A stretch of 20,000 nt of DNA from Chiloscyllium plagiosum (lineage: Eukaryota): positions 75,442,801 through 75,462,800 of the forward strand of contig NC_057718.1 of NCBI RefSeq assembly GCF_004010195.1, written 5' to 3'. Under the pieces are notes generated by a model, which saw only the letters and a program-made list of their open reading frames with translations, was not told the origin of the DNA and ran no database searches. Each line of letters starts with the position of its first letter. Position 1 is the first letter of the stretch. The position numbers and the translations under genes were made by a program. Below are positions 8,957-20,000 of this stretch, piece after piece.

Positions 8957-10860
8957 GTCCCAATTGTCTAAACTGCAATTTCATGGATTTTCTAACTACA
9001 ATTGCTTCCTTTTTCCCCATATCCAGTTTCATTTGTGTTTTTTTTAAAGAGTTGACGACTGTACTTAATAACAATGGCATTTCACTGAATATTACAGCTG
9101 TGCTAATGAAATTGTCGACTCTGCTTTTTCATAAGGAATGGCTACTCTTTTTAAAGATTTCAGTCATAGAGTCATAGAGATGTACAGCACGGAAAGACAC
9201 CCTTCGGTCCAACCCGTCCACGCCGACCAGACATCCCAACCCAATCTAGTCCCACCTGCCAGCACCCAGCCCATATCCCTCCAAACCCTTCCTATTCGTA
9301 TACCTATCCAAATGCCTCTTAAATGTTGCAATTGTACCAGCCTCCACCACNNNNNNNNNNNNNNNNNNNNNNNNNNNNNNNNNNNNNNNNNNNNNNNNNN
9401 NNNNNNNNNNNNNNNNNNNNNNNNNNNNNNNNNNNNNNNNNNNNNNNNNNNNNNNNNNNNNNNNNNNNNNNNNNNNNNNNNNNCCCCTCAGCCTCTGACG
9501 CTCCAGGGAAAACAGCCCCAACCTCTTCAACCTCTCCCTGTAGCTCAAATCCTCCAACCCTGGCAACATCTTTATAAATCTTTTCTGAACCCTTTCACAT
9601 TTCACAACATCTTTCCGATAGGAAGGAGACCAGAATTGCACGCAATATTCCAACAGTGGCCTAACCAATGTCCTGTCCAGCTGCAACATGATCTCCCAAC
9701 ACCTATACTCAATACTCTGACCAATAAAGGAAAGCATACCAAACGCCGCCTTCACTATCGATTCTACCTGTGATTCCACTTTCAAGGAGCAATGAACCTG
9801 CAAACCAAGGTCTCTTTGTTCAGCAACCTTTGTTCAGCAACATTCCCTAGGACCTTACCATAAAGTGTATAAGTCTGTAATCATTCCCAACTCTGAAACT
9901 GATGCAACTCTCAAACCCATTAACTTTATTCCAATCCTTCTTATTCAGTGTCTCTGTAGCATTTTAGCCAGTCTAACAGCATCTGCTGTCTACTACTGCA
10001 CAATTGAAAATTAATGCCACCAACCAGTTCATCACTGGCTTGAAACATCTTGTGACAAATACAATACCCTCTCTTTGATCCATATTCCCATCTTCTCCCT
10101 CCAAATTTTGCATTTCATGTTCATTATTGAAAACTCTTTTATTTAACTTGGGACAATTCGTAGCTTTGAATCATACTTAAAACGATGTGTTACCACATTT
10201 TGGGCATATCTGGGGTTCAGTCTTTACGGAAAATTCCAAATTCTCTTTGCCTTTCAAAACTATCAAAATCATTTCTGTCCTCATTTCTTTTGGTAAAAAC
10301 TCTCCCTCTGGATTATTTCCTGTGACCTGCATCTGGACAGTTTTGCCAACTACTTCTCATCCTGTCCCCATTTTCTGCTATTTGGCCAGTTGCTCCAATT
10401 GCACCATGATTACTGAAAAGGCAAGCTTTGTAAAGATATTTCCTTCTGTGCTCCCAACATTTGTTGTAGCAGTATCAGCAAAGGTAATTCCTGTCAAAAC
10501 TAGTAATCTGTCTTATCTAATTGTTCAAAAGGTCAGCACAGATTGGGGATGTCCAGATGAAATTCCTTCAATCTTTTATACAACCTATTATATTCCATTG
10601 TGTACTCTTCTAAGGAACTAACTTTATTCTTGCTAAATTTGTCAGAATCTGACATCTCTTATTACAATAAATTTTTATCCATAAAATAATTTGTTCAAAC
10701 ATTCTTCTGTATTCAAATCATCAGTCTCTAATTTGGAAAGAAATGCTTTTTAAAACTGCTTTCGTATGGTCACAAGAGAGCTCAGCTATACCTTGGTTGC
10801 CCTTCAATAAAGTCAAATCACAGGTCTATTTGATTCTTCCACTGGTCATATGGAACATAG
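8957..10860 (-). mobile_element. Decayed Copia-like (possibly GalEa clade) LTR retrotransposon gag-protease, interrupted by CR1 at 9162-9875
   Basis: Minus-strand fragments: PYDQWKNQID (~10853), SLEEYTMEYNRLYKRLKEFHLDIP (~10550-10620), protease-like FNCAVVDSRC (~9979-10008), DWLKCY, SFRVGND|LKSLKRVAIP (continuous across the CR1), SEMPLLLS and KKTQMKLDM (~9015-9085). The clade call is inference. Confidence 0.65.
9162..9875 (-). mobile_element. CR1 LINE, 5'-truncated 3' portion
   Basis: ORF 9246..9803(-): LVRPLLEYCVQFWSPSYRKD...LSYRERLKRLGLFSLE. Tail agtcatagagtcatagag at 9162-9179. N gap at 9351-9483. Confidence 0.92.
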
Positions 10861-10873
10861 GAACTGAGCACAC

Positions 10874-11160
10874 GGTGGCACGGTGGCCCAGTGGTTAGCA
10901 CTGCTGCCTCACAGCGCCGGAGACCCGGGTTCAAATTCCCGCCTCAGGCGACTGACTGTGTGGAGTTTGCACGTTCTCCCCGTGTCTGCGTGGATTTCCT
11001 CCGGGTGCTCCGGTTTCCTCCCACATTCCAAAGATGTGCAGGTCAGGTGAATTGGCCATGCTAAATTGCCCGTAGTGTTAGGTGGGTTGCGCTTTGGCGG
11101 GTGGGTGTGGACTTGTTGGGCCGAAGGGCCTGTTTCCACATTGTAATCAATCTAATCTAA
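10874..11160 (+). mobile_element. tRNA-derived V-SINE (HE1-like shark SINE)
   Basis: Pol III box A tggcccagtgg and box B gggttcaaatt. V-domain tgtgtggagtttgcacgttctccccgtgtctgcgtggatttcctccgggtgctccggtttcctccca. LINE-derived 3' end gggccgaagggcctgtttcc and (aatct)n tail. Confidence 0.9.
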
Positions 11161-11810
11161 ACACACAGGTACAGCAAGTAATCAGGAAGGCTAATGAAAT
11201 GTTTCAAAGGGGTTGGAGTATAAGTGTAGGAAAGTCTTATTGCGACTGTGTAAGATGCTGGTGAGGCCATCTCAAGGGTACTGAGAGCAGTTTTGGCCCC
11301 CTTCTTTAAGGGAAGATATTGTCTCATTGAAGGCAGTTCAAAGAAGGTTCACAAGGATGGTCCCTGGTTTGGAGATACTGCATTAGGACAATAGGCTAAA
11401 CAGCTTGGGTCTGTACTTTTTGGAATTTAGAAGAATACAATCTCATTGAAATGGTTAACATCTCTAAGGGGCTTGACAGGATCGTGCTGGAAGGATGTTT
11501 CCCCTTGTGGGAGAGTTTAAGACCAGTCTTAGAATAAAATCGCACCAATTTAAGACTGAGATAAAGAGGAATTTCTTCTCTCAGTAAGTTCAGTGTCTTT
11601 GGAACTCCTTGTCCCAGAGAGTAATGGGGGTGAGTCCTCGTGAATTTTTAAGACTGAGATAGATTTTTGCTCGAAGGTTATCAAGGGTTATGGGGAAAAG
11701 GCAGGAAGGTAAATTTCAGGAATGTTGATCCACCATAATCCTACTGAATGATGGAGCAGGCTTGAGGGGCCAAACAGTCTATTCTTGTTCCTATTTCTTG
11801 TGGCCTTAAT
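11161..11810 (+). mobile_element. Old CR1-clade LINE 3' fragment
   Basis: QVQQVIRKAN, LVRP, QFWPP, VQRRFTRMVPG and RNFFSQ motifs. The 3' UTR ends ggagcaggcttgaggggccaaacagtctattcttgttcctatttctt. Confidence 0.8.
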
Positions 11811-12457
11811 GCTTGCTTTCATATTGTGATACTTCACAGGTAGAATCCATCATCTTTCTCGTTTGATCCAACTTTCTCTTTTATTAGAATATTGGTTAGT
11901 TTTCAATCCTTAACTTTCAAACAGCTACCCACGCTTCATTACAAATGTTCCATAGTAAAGCTTAAAATACAGATTGGCAGGGTCCAATCATATGCTTCTT
12001 TAATTTCTTGTTCACACATTATAAACTTCAACCACATTGGTTACTTGCTATAGTGTATATCCAGTTATATCCCAATCAACCTTAATTGATAAATAGCCAT
12101 TATATTTGCCTCAGGTCTCATTAATAAGGTCTCATTCAACCCTCTCAGACCTTATTAAAAGATAGCATCAACTCCAAATCCATTCGAAACCATCCCATAA
12201 AGTTCATGCCAATGTTCCAGGCTGCTGACTGTACACTTGAATTGGAAATCTTCACAGAGGTAACACGCAATAAGCAAATGGAAAAGCCAAAGAAAAGAAA
12301 GAAAAAAATGAAGGAGTAATCTGTATAAACAATAGCATAGGTCAGAATGAATGTCAAAAGGGGTGACAGTGCACACCAAAGATGGATGGTAATGGGATAA
12401 TAAAAGTACAGAAGATTTTACTAGGGGAGCTGAAAATAATAAAAGCCAAATGATTAC

Positions 12458-12470
12458 CTGCAACTGCGAT
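12458..12470 (-). other. Candidate 13-nt microexon of an unidentified host gene
   Basis: Minus strand reads gactgctttcattttttttttcAG|ATCGCAGTTGCAG|GTaatc: strong acceptor, plausible donor, in a TE-poor island. No protein identity recognised. Confidence 0.35.
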
Positions 12471-12889
12471 CTGAAAAAAAAAATGAAAGCAGTCGAAATG
12501 ATTCAAAATTGCTATAAGATGAGCTGCTGTGCTTTCAGCTTCTGTCGTGCTGTGATTCTGATTGTGATTCTTATTTTGCTTCTTTAGCAAGAATGTAGGT
12601 AGCAAAGAGTGGGAAGAACATGGTGAGAGTAAGAAAGAGAATTAAATGGTAAGTAGCTCCAGTCACAATTCTCCAAAAACCTATCTAACTTTCTACGATA
12701 CATTACATGTAATTTTAATCAGTTGTCTGCCTTGACATGATATTTTGACATTATGGGGTCCACCATGTTCATGTGTAATTGATATACACAACTCTACTCC
12801 ATAACCAACCAGTAATTTATCAAACAATTTTTGCAACTGTTCATTCACATTAAAGGCAGTCATCAGGTTACAGCCACATGCCATTCCTG

Positions 12890-13175
12890 AGTCATAGAAA
12901 CATAGAAGTTAGGAGCAGGTGTAGGCCATTTGACCATTCAAATCTGTTCTTCCACTGAGAGCTTGGAACTCATTACCCTAAATCCCATACTCCTCCTGTA
13001 TTCCTTCATCCCTTTAGCCTATATCTACCTCCTCCTTGAAAAAACAAATGTCTTGGCTTCAATCACTTTCTGTGGTAGTGAATTTGACAGGCTCACCACT
13101 CTGGATGAAGACATTTCTTGTTATCTCTTCCTAAAAGGTTTATCCCTTATCCTTAAACTATGACACCCCAGTTCA
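12890..13175 (-). mobile_element. Degenerate CR1-clade LINE 3' end
   Basis: Tail catagaaacatagaa, then gttaggagcaggtgtaggccatt, and ttctgtggtagtgaatttgacaggctcaccactct (reverse complement of the RVVxLxNSLPQ motif). Confidence 0.75.
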
Positions 13176-14289
13176 TTCTTTCATCTCCCAGAAGCCTAAA
13201 TAGGGCTATAATCTGATGCATGAGGCTGCTGAGTTCTCAGGTGAATACTTTACCAACTTAGGTATATAGGTCTTGATGGAGTCTCCAGTACAGATGATGA
13301 GGTGTGTGTCAAAAGTAAGCCTGAGTTAGTGTTGGAGACAAGGACAGCAGTATGGAAACCTGTGGGAATGCAGCACTCTCCAAGCACTGCACAGTTGAAC
13401 CTCAGGGGTCATCAATGAGGAAGACTTTTCTGGAGCAGCAGCAGAAGAATTGTGAGACATTTGGAAAGGCACTGCCTAGACTTGGAGAGAAACTGGAGAG
13501 GTGTGCGTTTTAGCAGCAGGGTGATAATTTCAGGGTTTTGATCCAACAACAAACTCCATGGAAATAGTGACAATCAGCATGAATTATGAATCTCTTTCAA
13601 AAAACCTGCACATACAGTCTCCCAATTCAAACCTGATAAATGAAAGCTTCATCTTTCCCTTTCAGTATTTTGATAAATTGCAGGACAGTATTATCCAGCT
13701 CTTAGTGAGCAATAAATATGTGTTTGCCATGAGAGGGAAGATAAAGGAATATATACTGGAAGTCTGCACAAGGAGTCTGAACTAATTCTCATTTTCTACC
13801 CCATTCACCCCCTACATTCTCCAGTTAATGGCATAGATGCCAATTCATGTTCTAATAGAGAAAGTTTTCCCTACACAGCTGCTGCTGGGGTACACTTTGT
13901 CAGAGGCCACCCAGGCTCAGAAGTCCAGAGGATATAGCCACATGTATTTCAGTATTCAGAGTAGGGGAACACGCAGTCTCACTCTACCTCTGCTGAAGTC
14001 AAAAATATATTGGAAAATTGGAAAGTTAAGTGAAAGAGTTTACATGCATAAAGGAAAGTTTTGTTAATATTTACACACCGTGCAGTTTTAGTTCATTATT
14101 TCTTTTATCCTGTTGCCTCTATTGATACCACTCAAATGTTCACTGATCATCAACCATGAAGAAAATTGTACAAGAATAGTTGATTCTAGACAATGGAAGT
14201 GCTCTGTTTTGGGTTGGACTTGGGAATGGCCATTCAACTAATGTTGATGTGTCTTACAGCTGCACATGCTCAAGTGAGTTGAATTGTGC

Positions 14290-14945
14290 TTGGACAAGAA
14301 GTGAGGTAAATAAAGTTATGGAGCTGTAGATATAGAATCACGTGATAATATATTGTAATGGAGACAACAAAGACTTGGCTCATAAAGGGCAAGACTGCAT
14401 ACTAAATATTCCTGGATATGAGCTGTTCAGGAAAGGCAAGGAAAGAAGATGAGAAAGTGGGCTGACAGTTCTGACTAAGGAGAAAGCTAGTTTCAGGGAG
14501 GGAGTTTGTCTTGAAGGAATCAAGGATAAAATCTATATGGTTGGAGTTAAGAAAATTAATAAACCTAATAAAGGTGCAATTACACCACTGGATGTATTAT
14601 GTAGACTACAGTCTAGTGGCAAAAATACAGAGGAACAAACTTGCAACTTACAGAAAGGTGTGAAAACTATAAATGATTTATGAAGGGGGACTTTAATTGT
14701 CCTAACACAGGCTGAGATAGAAACGCAAAAAGGGCAAAGAGGGGGGAAATGTTTGGGATGTGTGATTAGAATTTGTTTTAGAGCAGTATGTTTCCAGTCT
14801 AACAAGGAGTGGGGTACATGTGGATCTGGTTCTGGGAAACAAGGTGGATCAAGTTTCAATAGGGAACATTTAAGGCACAGATTGGCTATGCAAAGAACAA
14901 GATAAAATAACCAGGAAAGGAAAACTTCAATGAGATAAGAGATCC
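14290..14945 (+). mobile_element. Old CR1 ORF2 AP-endonuclease region, decayed (5' part of a copy that resumes at ~16890)
   Basis: LNIPGYELFRK (~14402), IWLELR, GDFN (ggggactttaat ~14686), FLEQYVSSLTR and DLVLGN. Many frameshifts. Confidence 0.7.
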
Positions 14946-14949
14946 ATGA

Positions 14950-16886
14950 TGAGAACATAGAACACTGAACATAGCACAGTACAGGTCCTTCCACCCTCAA
15001 TGTTGCGCTAGCCTTTTATCCTACTCTAAGCTCAGATTTGATGTGGAGTGGCCATTGTTGGACTGGGATGAACAAAGTTAAAACTCACACAACACCAGGT
15101 TATAGTCCAATAAGTTTATTTGGAAATGCTAACTTTCAGAACATTGCTTCTTCATCAGATAGCTGTGGAGCAGGATCATGAGACACAGAATTTATAGCAA
15201 AAGATTACAGTGTCATGCAACTGAAAAGATATATTGAACAAATCTACATTACTGTTAAGTCTTTCATCTCTTAGAATGGATTGCAGGTTTTGGTTCATTA
15301 ATATGTATATCCCAGAACTACTTTTAAGTCACATTCTCGAGATAACTTAAGATATTATTTTAAAAAGTGACATCTCAGCTCAGACAATACATTAAAAAGT
15401 TGTGAGGTTAGAGTCTGTCTGTATCCTACTGATGAAGGAGCACCACTCCAAAAGCTAGTACTTCCAAATAAACCTGTTGAACTATAATCTGGTGTTGTGT
15501 GATTTATAGTCAAGATCAGATTAACATAGTACCCTTCATTGTACTATCTTCCATGTGCTTCTCCAAGAGTCGTTTAAATGTCCCTAATGTATCTGACTAC
15601 CACCATTACTGGCAGTACATTCCATGCACCCACTACTCTCTGTGTGAAGAACCTACCTCTGATATCTCCCCTAAACCTTCCTCCAGTCACCTTAAAATTA
15701 TGCCCCCTCGTGATAAACATTTATGCCATGGGAAAACATCTCTGGCAATCCACTCTATCTGTGTGTCTTGTCATCTTGTACACCTCTGTCAAGTCACCCC
15801 TCATCCTTTATCACTGCAGTGAGAAAAGCCCTAATTCCCTCAACCTATCTTCATACGCCATGCTGTCCAGTCCAGGCAGTATCCTGGTAAATCTCCTCTG
15901 CAACCTCCACATCTTTCTTATAATGAGGCGACCAGAACTGGACACAATATTCCAAGGGTGGTTTAACCAGTGCTTTATAGAGCTGCATCATCACTTCAAG
16001 GTTCTTAAACTCAATCCCACTGCTAATGGAAGCCAACCCACCATATATCTTCTTAACAACTCGATCAACTTGGTGGCAACGTTGAAGGATCTATGGACAT
16101 GGCCCCAAGATTCCTCTGTTCCTCCACATTGCCAATAATCCTGCCATTAATCCTGTGTTCTGCATTCAAATTTGACCTTCCAAAGAGAATGACTTTCCAC
16201 TTTTCCAGATTGAAATCTATCTGCCACTTCTCAGCCCAGTTCTGCTTCCTGTCAATGTCCCAGTGCAACCTACAACAGCCCTCCACACTATCCACAATTC
16301 CACTAATCTTTGTGTCATTGTCAACCTTACTAACCTATCATTCCACTTCCTCATCCAAGTCATTTAAAAAGAGCAGAGGTCCCAGAACCGATCACTATGG
16401 AACACCACTGGTCACTGAACTCCAAGCTGAATACTTTCCATCCACCACCACTTCTATCTTCTATGGGCCAGCCGGTTCTGTATCCAGACAGCCAGATTTC
16501 CCTGTGCCCCATGCCTCCTTACTTTCTGAAAGAGCCTACCATGGGGAACCTTATCAAACGCCATACTGAAATCCATGTACACCACGTCCACTGCTCTACC
16601 TTCATCTATGTTTTTTGTCACATCCTCAAATAATTCAATAAGATTTGTGAGTCATGACCTGCCCCTTTACAAAGCCATGCTGACTATCTCTAATCAAACT
16701 GTGGTTTTTTTCAAGTAATCATAAATCCTGGCTCTGAGAGTCCTCTCCAATTCTTTGCACACCACTGACGTAAAATTGACTGGTCTGTAATTCCTAGGAT
16801 TATGCCGATTCCCTTTCTTGAACAAGGAAATAACATTTGCCACCCTCAATCATCTGGGACTACTCCAGTGGACATTGAGGATGCAT
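14950..16886 (-). mobile_element. CR1 LINE, 5'-truncated (RT to 3' end), interrupted by a PLE fragment at 15039-15511
   Basis: ORFs 15851..16036 (LYKALVKPPLEYCVQFWSPHYKKD) and 16065..16295 (WAEKWQIDFNLEK). FDKVPH and NYRPV motifs at ~16540-16795. Tail agaacatagaaca at ~14952. Confidence 0.88.
15039..15511 (-). mobile_element. Short non-coding PLE-derived insertion with inverted terminal segment and two decayed hammerhead cores
   Basis: 74-nt inverted arms at 15085-15158 and 15429-15502, each starting CTGATGA. Flanked by near-perfect direct repeats aagctcagatt (15028-15038) and aagatcagatt (15512-15522). Confidence 0.75.
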
Positions 16887-16889
16887 CAG

Positions 16890-17755
16890 GACCGGTTAAC
16901 TTGGAGTTAAAGATTGGCTGGCAAACCTTCAAAGAACCATAGGCCAAGAGGAAATAGTTCAGATACAATTTCATGAAGGAACAGGTAGAAAAAAATCCAA
17001 CGTTCTTTGGTTGGTGATAGTGATAAAAAGTTAAAACAAAAAATTTCGTATGTAATAAATGACTAGTGGATAAATACAACTGAGAACCAGGTGAATATAA
17101 AAAGTTCAAAGGGAAAAGGAAAGAAGTAAGAGAAGCAAAGAGATTATGAGAAGAAAACAGCAGCTAACACAACAGGAATCTAAAAGCCATCAATACGAAT
17201 ACGCAAAGGCTTAGAACCAGTTAAGGGCTAAAAAAAGAGATTTATGCATGGAGGCAGTGGACATGGCTGAGATATTACCTGAGTAGTTGGTACTTGTCAT
17301 GGTGAAAGAGGAGGTAGCTGAGACACTGAACTTGCTAAAGGTAGATAAAGAGGAGGTATTTCGAGGCTGGCTGTACTTAAAATTGATACTTCACCAGACT
17401 TGGCTGAGATGCTTCCAAGAATACAGTGGGAAAGTGATGGATGGAAATTGGTAATGACCATAACCTTCAAGAATATGTCGACAGGTTTGTGGAATGGACA
17501 AACAACTTCATTCAAAAGAGCCAGTAGTGATTCATCTTAACATGAAATGTGAAGAAATGCAACATATGATAAGGGTACAGTGGGTCCTAGGGGCATATTT
17601 GGACTTATTATTGAAGTTGTCAGGGCAGGTTGGGAAAGCAATTAATAAAGCATACAGGATCTGGGATTAATTAAGGCATAAATATATAAAGGCTAGAACA
17701 TTATGAAGAAACTGTATAAAACTAGGTTTCAGCCTCATCTGGAATTTTGAGTATG
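16890..17755 (+). mobile_element. Old CR1 ORF2 continuation (linker and deleted RT/3' region), highly decayed
   Basis: Purine-rich decayed coding sequence VREAKR..YEKKTAAN, MEAVDMAEI, LAVLKIDTSP, LYKT.. and PHLEF. Colinear with the APE fragment at 14290-14945. Confidence 0.6.
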
Positions 17756-17950
17756 ATTTTTCAGTCCCAGAGGAGACAAAGAGAATAAGTCACCTTAAAA
17801 TGGGTGAGAAACAATAAATACATCAGATTCTCGTCATGCAGATGACCTTCAGTAATTAACTTATCCCTACTCAGCTGGTGGGTCAACATTCCAGTAGCAA
17901 GTGTCAAGAAGCTTATCTGCATGCATTAAAATCTCATTAAACCACAACTT

Positions 17951-20000
17951 AGAGTCAAAGAGTCAGAGAGATGTACAGCATGGAAACAGACCCTTCAGTC
18001 CAACCTGTCCATACCAACCAGATATCCTAACCCAATCTAGTCCCACCTGCCAGAACCCAGCCCGTATCGCTCCAAACCCTTCCTATTCATATACCCATCC
18101 AAATGCCTCGTAAATGTTGCAATCGTATCAATTTCCACCACTTCCTCTGGCAGCTCGTTCCATACACGTACCACCATCTGTGTGAAAAAGTTGCCCCTTA
18201 GATCTCTTTTATAACTTTCCCCTCTCACCCTAAACCAAGCCCTCTAGTTCTGGACTCCCCGACCCAAAGGAAAAAAAATTCACCAAACTACCTTATCCAT
18301 GCCCCTCATAATTTTGTAAACCTCTATAAGGTCACCCCTCAGTCTCCGAATGTCCTGTACAGCCGCAACATGACCTCCCAACTCTTGTACTCAATACTCT
18401 GACCAATAAAGGGAAGCATATCAAAAGCTTTCTTCACTATCCTATTTACCTGTGACTCCATTTTCAAGGAGATATGACACTGCACTCCAAAGTCTCATTG
18501 CTCAGTAACACTCCCTAGGACCTTACCATTCAGTGTCTAAGTCCTGCTAAGATTTGCTTTCCCAAAATGCANNNNNNNNNNNNNNNTTCGCTGTCCACTA
18601 CACCTCCAATTTCACGTCATCTGCAAACCTACTAATTGTACCTCTTATGCTCGCATCCAAATCATTTATGTAAATGACAAAAGGTAGAGGACCCAGCACT
18701 GATCCTTGTGGCGCTCAACTGATCACAGGCCTCTAGTTTGAAAAACAACCCTCCACCGCCACCCTCTATCTTCTACCTTTGAGCCAGTTCTGTATCCAAA
18801 TGGCTAGATTTCCCTGTATTCTGTGAGATCTAACCTTGCTAATCAGTCTCCCATGGGGAACCTTGTTGAACGACTTACTGAAGTCCATATAGATCAAGTC
18901 TACCACTCTGCCCTCATCAATCTTCTTTGTTACTTCCTCAAAAAACTCAATCAAGTTTGTCAGACATGATTTCACACGCACAAAGCCATGTTGACTATCC
19001 CTAATCAGTCCTTGCCTTTCCAAATACATGTACATCCTGTCCCTCAGGATTCCCTCCAACATCTTGCCCACCACTGACGTCAGGCTCACTGGTCTATAGT
19101 TCCCTGGCTTGTCCTTACCACCATTCTTAAATAGTGGCACCACCAACCTCCAATCTTCCGGCACCTCACCTGTGACTATCAATGATACATATATCTCAGC
19201 AAGAGGCCCAGAAATCACGGCTCTAACTTCCCACAGAGTTCTAGGTTACACCCGATCAGGTCATGGGGATTTATCCACCTTTATGCGTTCCAAGACATCC
19301 AGCAGTTCCTCCTCTGTAATATAGACATTTTGCAAGATGTCACCATCTATTTCCCTACAATGTATATCTTCCATATCCTTTTCCACAGTAAATACTGATG
19401 TAAAATACTCATTTGGTATCTTCCCTATTTTCTGCGCCTCCACACAAAGGCTGCCTTGCTAACCTTTGTGGGGCCCTATTCTCTCCCTAGTTACCCTTTT
19501 GTCCTTAATGTATTTGTAAAAGCTCTTTGGACTCTCCTTAATTCTATTTGCCAAATCTACCTCATGTCCCCTTTTTGCCCTCCTGATTTCCCTCTTAAGT
19601 ATAATCCTACTTCCTTTATACTCCCCTAAGGATTCACACGATTTATCCTGTCTATATCTTACATATGCTTCTTTCTTTTTCTTAACCAAACCATCAAGTT
19701 CTTTCATCATCCAGCATTCCCTATACCTACCAGCCTTTCCTTTTACCCTGACAGGAATATACTTTCTCTGGATTCTCGTTATCTCATTTCTGAAGGCTTC
19801 CCATTTTCCAGTCGTTCCTTTACCTGCGAACATCTGCCTCCAATCAGCTTTCAAAAGTTCTTGCCTAATATCATCAAAATTGGCCTTCCTCCAATTTAGA
19901 ACTTCAACTTTTAGATCTGGTCTCTCCTTTTCCATCACTATTTTAAATCTAATAGAATTATGGTCGCTGGCCCCAAAGTGCTCCCCCACTGACACCTCAG
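17951..20000 (-). mobile_element. Relatively young CR1 LINE (end of APE, RT and 3' end), running off the window
   Basis: ORFs 19459..19995 (GASDHN), 18766..19218 (PGNYRPVSLTS, QHGF, YMDFSKSFNKVPH), FADD at ~18616-18627 and 18037..18228 (GNFFTQ..VRVWNELPEEVV). Tail agagtcaaagagtcagagag. Frameshifts, an internal deletion near 18348 and an N gap at 18572-18586. Confidence 0.95.

Noticed and set aside
9138..9773. 211-aa plus-strand ORF
   Set aside because: Antisense to CR1 and spans a 133-nt N gap.
9814..9841. 14-bp tandem duplication (ctttgttcagcaac x2) in CR1
   Set aside because: Ordinary slippage in a dead copy.
10187..10621. 144-aa plus-strand ORF as a host exon
   Set aside because: Antisense to the decayed Copia-like gag, with no recognisable protein features.
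10874..10950. tRNA gene
   Set aside because: Box A/B are followed by a V-domain and a LINE-derived tail, so it is a SINE head.
13190..13560. Purine-rich, coding-like stretch (LEQQQKNCETFGKALPRLGEKLE), possibly a decayed transposon
   Set aside because: No diagnostic motif recognised; it cannot be assigned without a search.
14533..16633. ORFs 14533..15000, 15499..15822, 15578..16138, 16093..16569
   Set aside because: Antisense shadows of CR1 ORF2 fragments.

Overview
Eukaryotic, transposon-dense vertebrate DNA, most likely a cartilaginous fish (inferred from an HE1/V-SINE and the CR1 3' tails). No intact cellular gene is visible. The window is mostly nested retroelement relics. These include at least seven CR1 LINE pieces and three Penelope-like elements (PLEs); two PLEs have 5' inversions, TSDs and hammerhead-ribozyme cores. 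There is also a decayed retrovirus-like gag-pro-RT relic (+, ~3729-6596), a Gypsy gag/PBS/5' LTR (-) whose LTR is split by a head-to-tail array of four Tx1-type LINE 3' ends punctuated by CCCTAGAG, a decayed Copia-like gag-protease (-) and one tRNA-derived SINE. A TE-poor island at ~11.8-12.9 kb has minus-strand splice signals suggesting a 13-nt microexon and a downstream exon of an unidentified host gene. All family calls come from manual translation and motif recognition; no database search was run.
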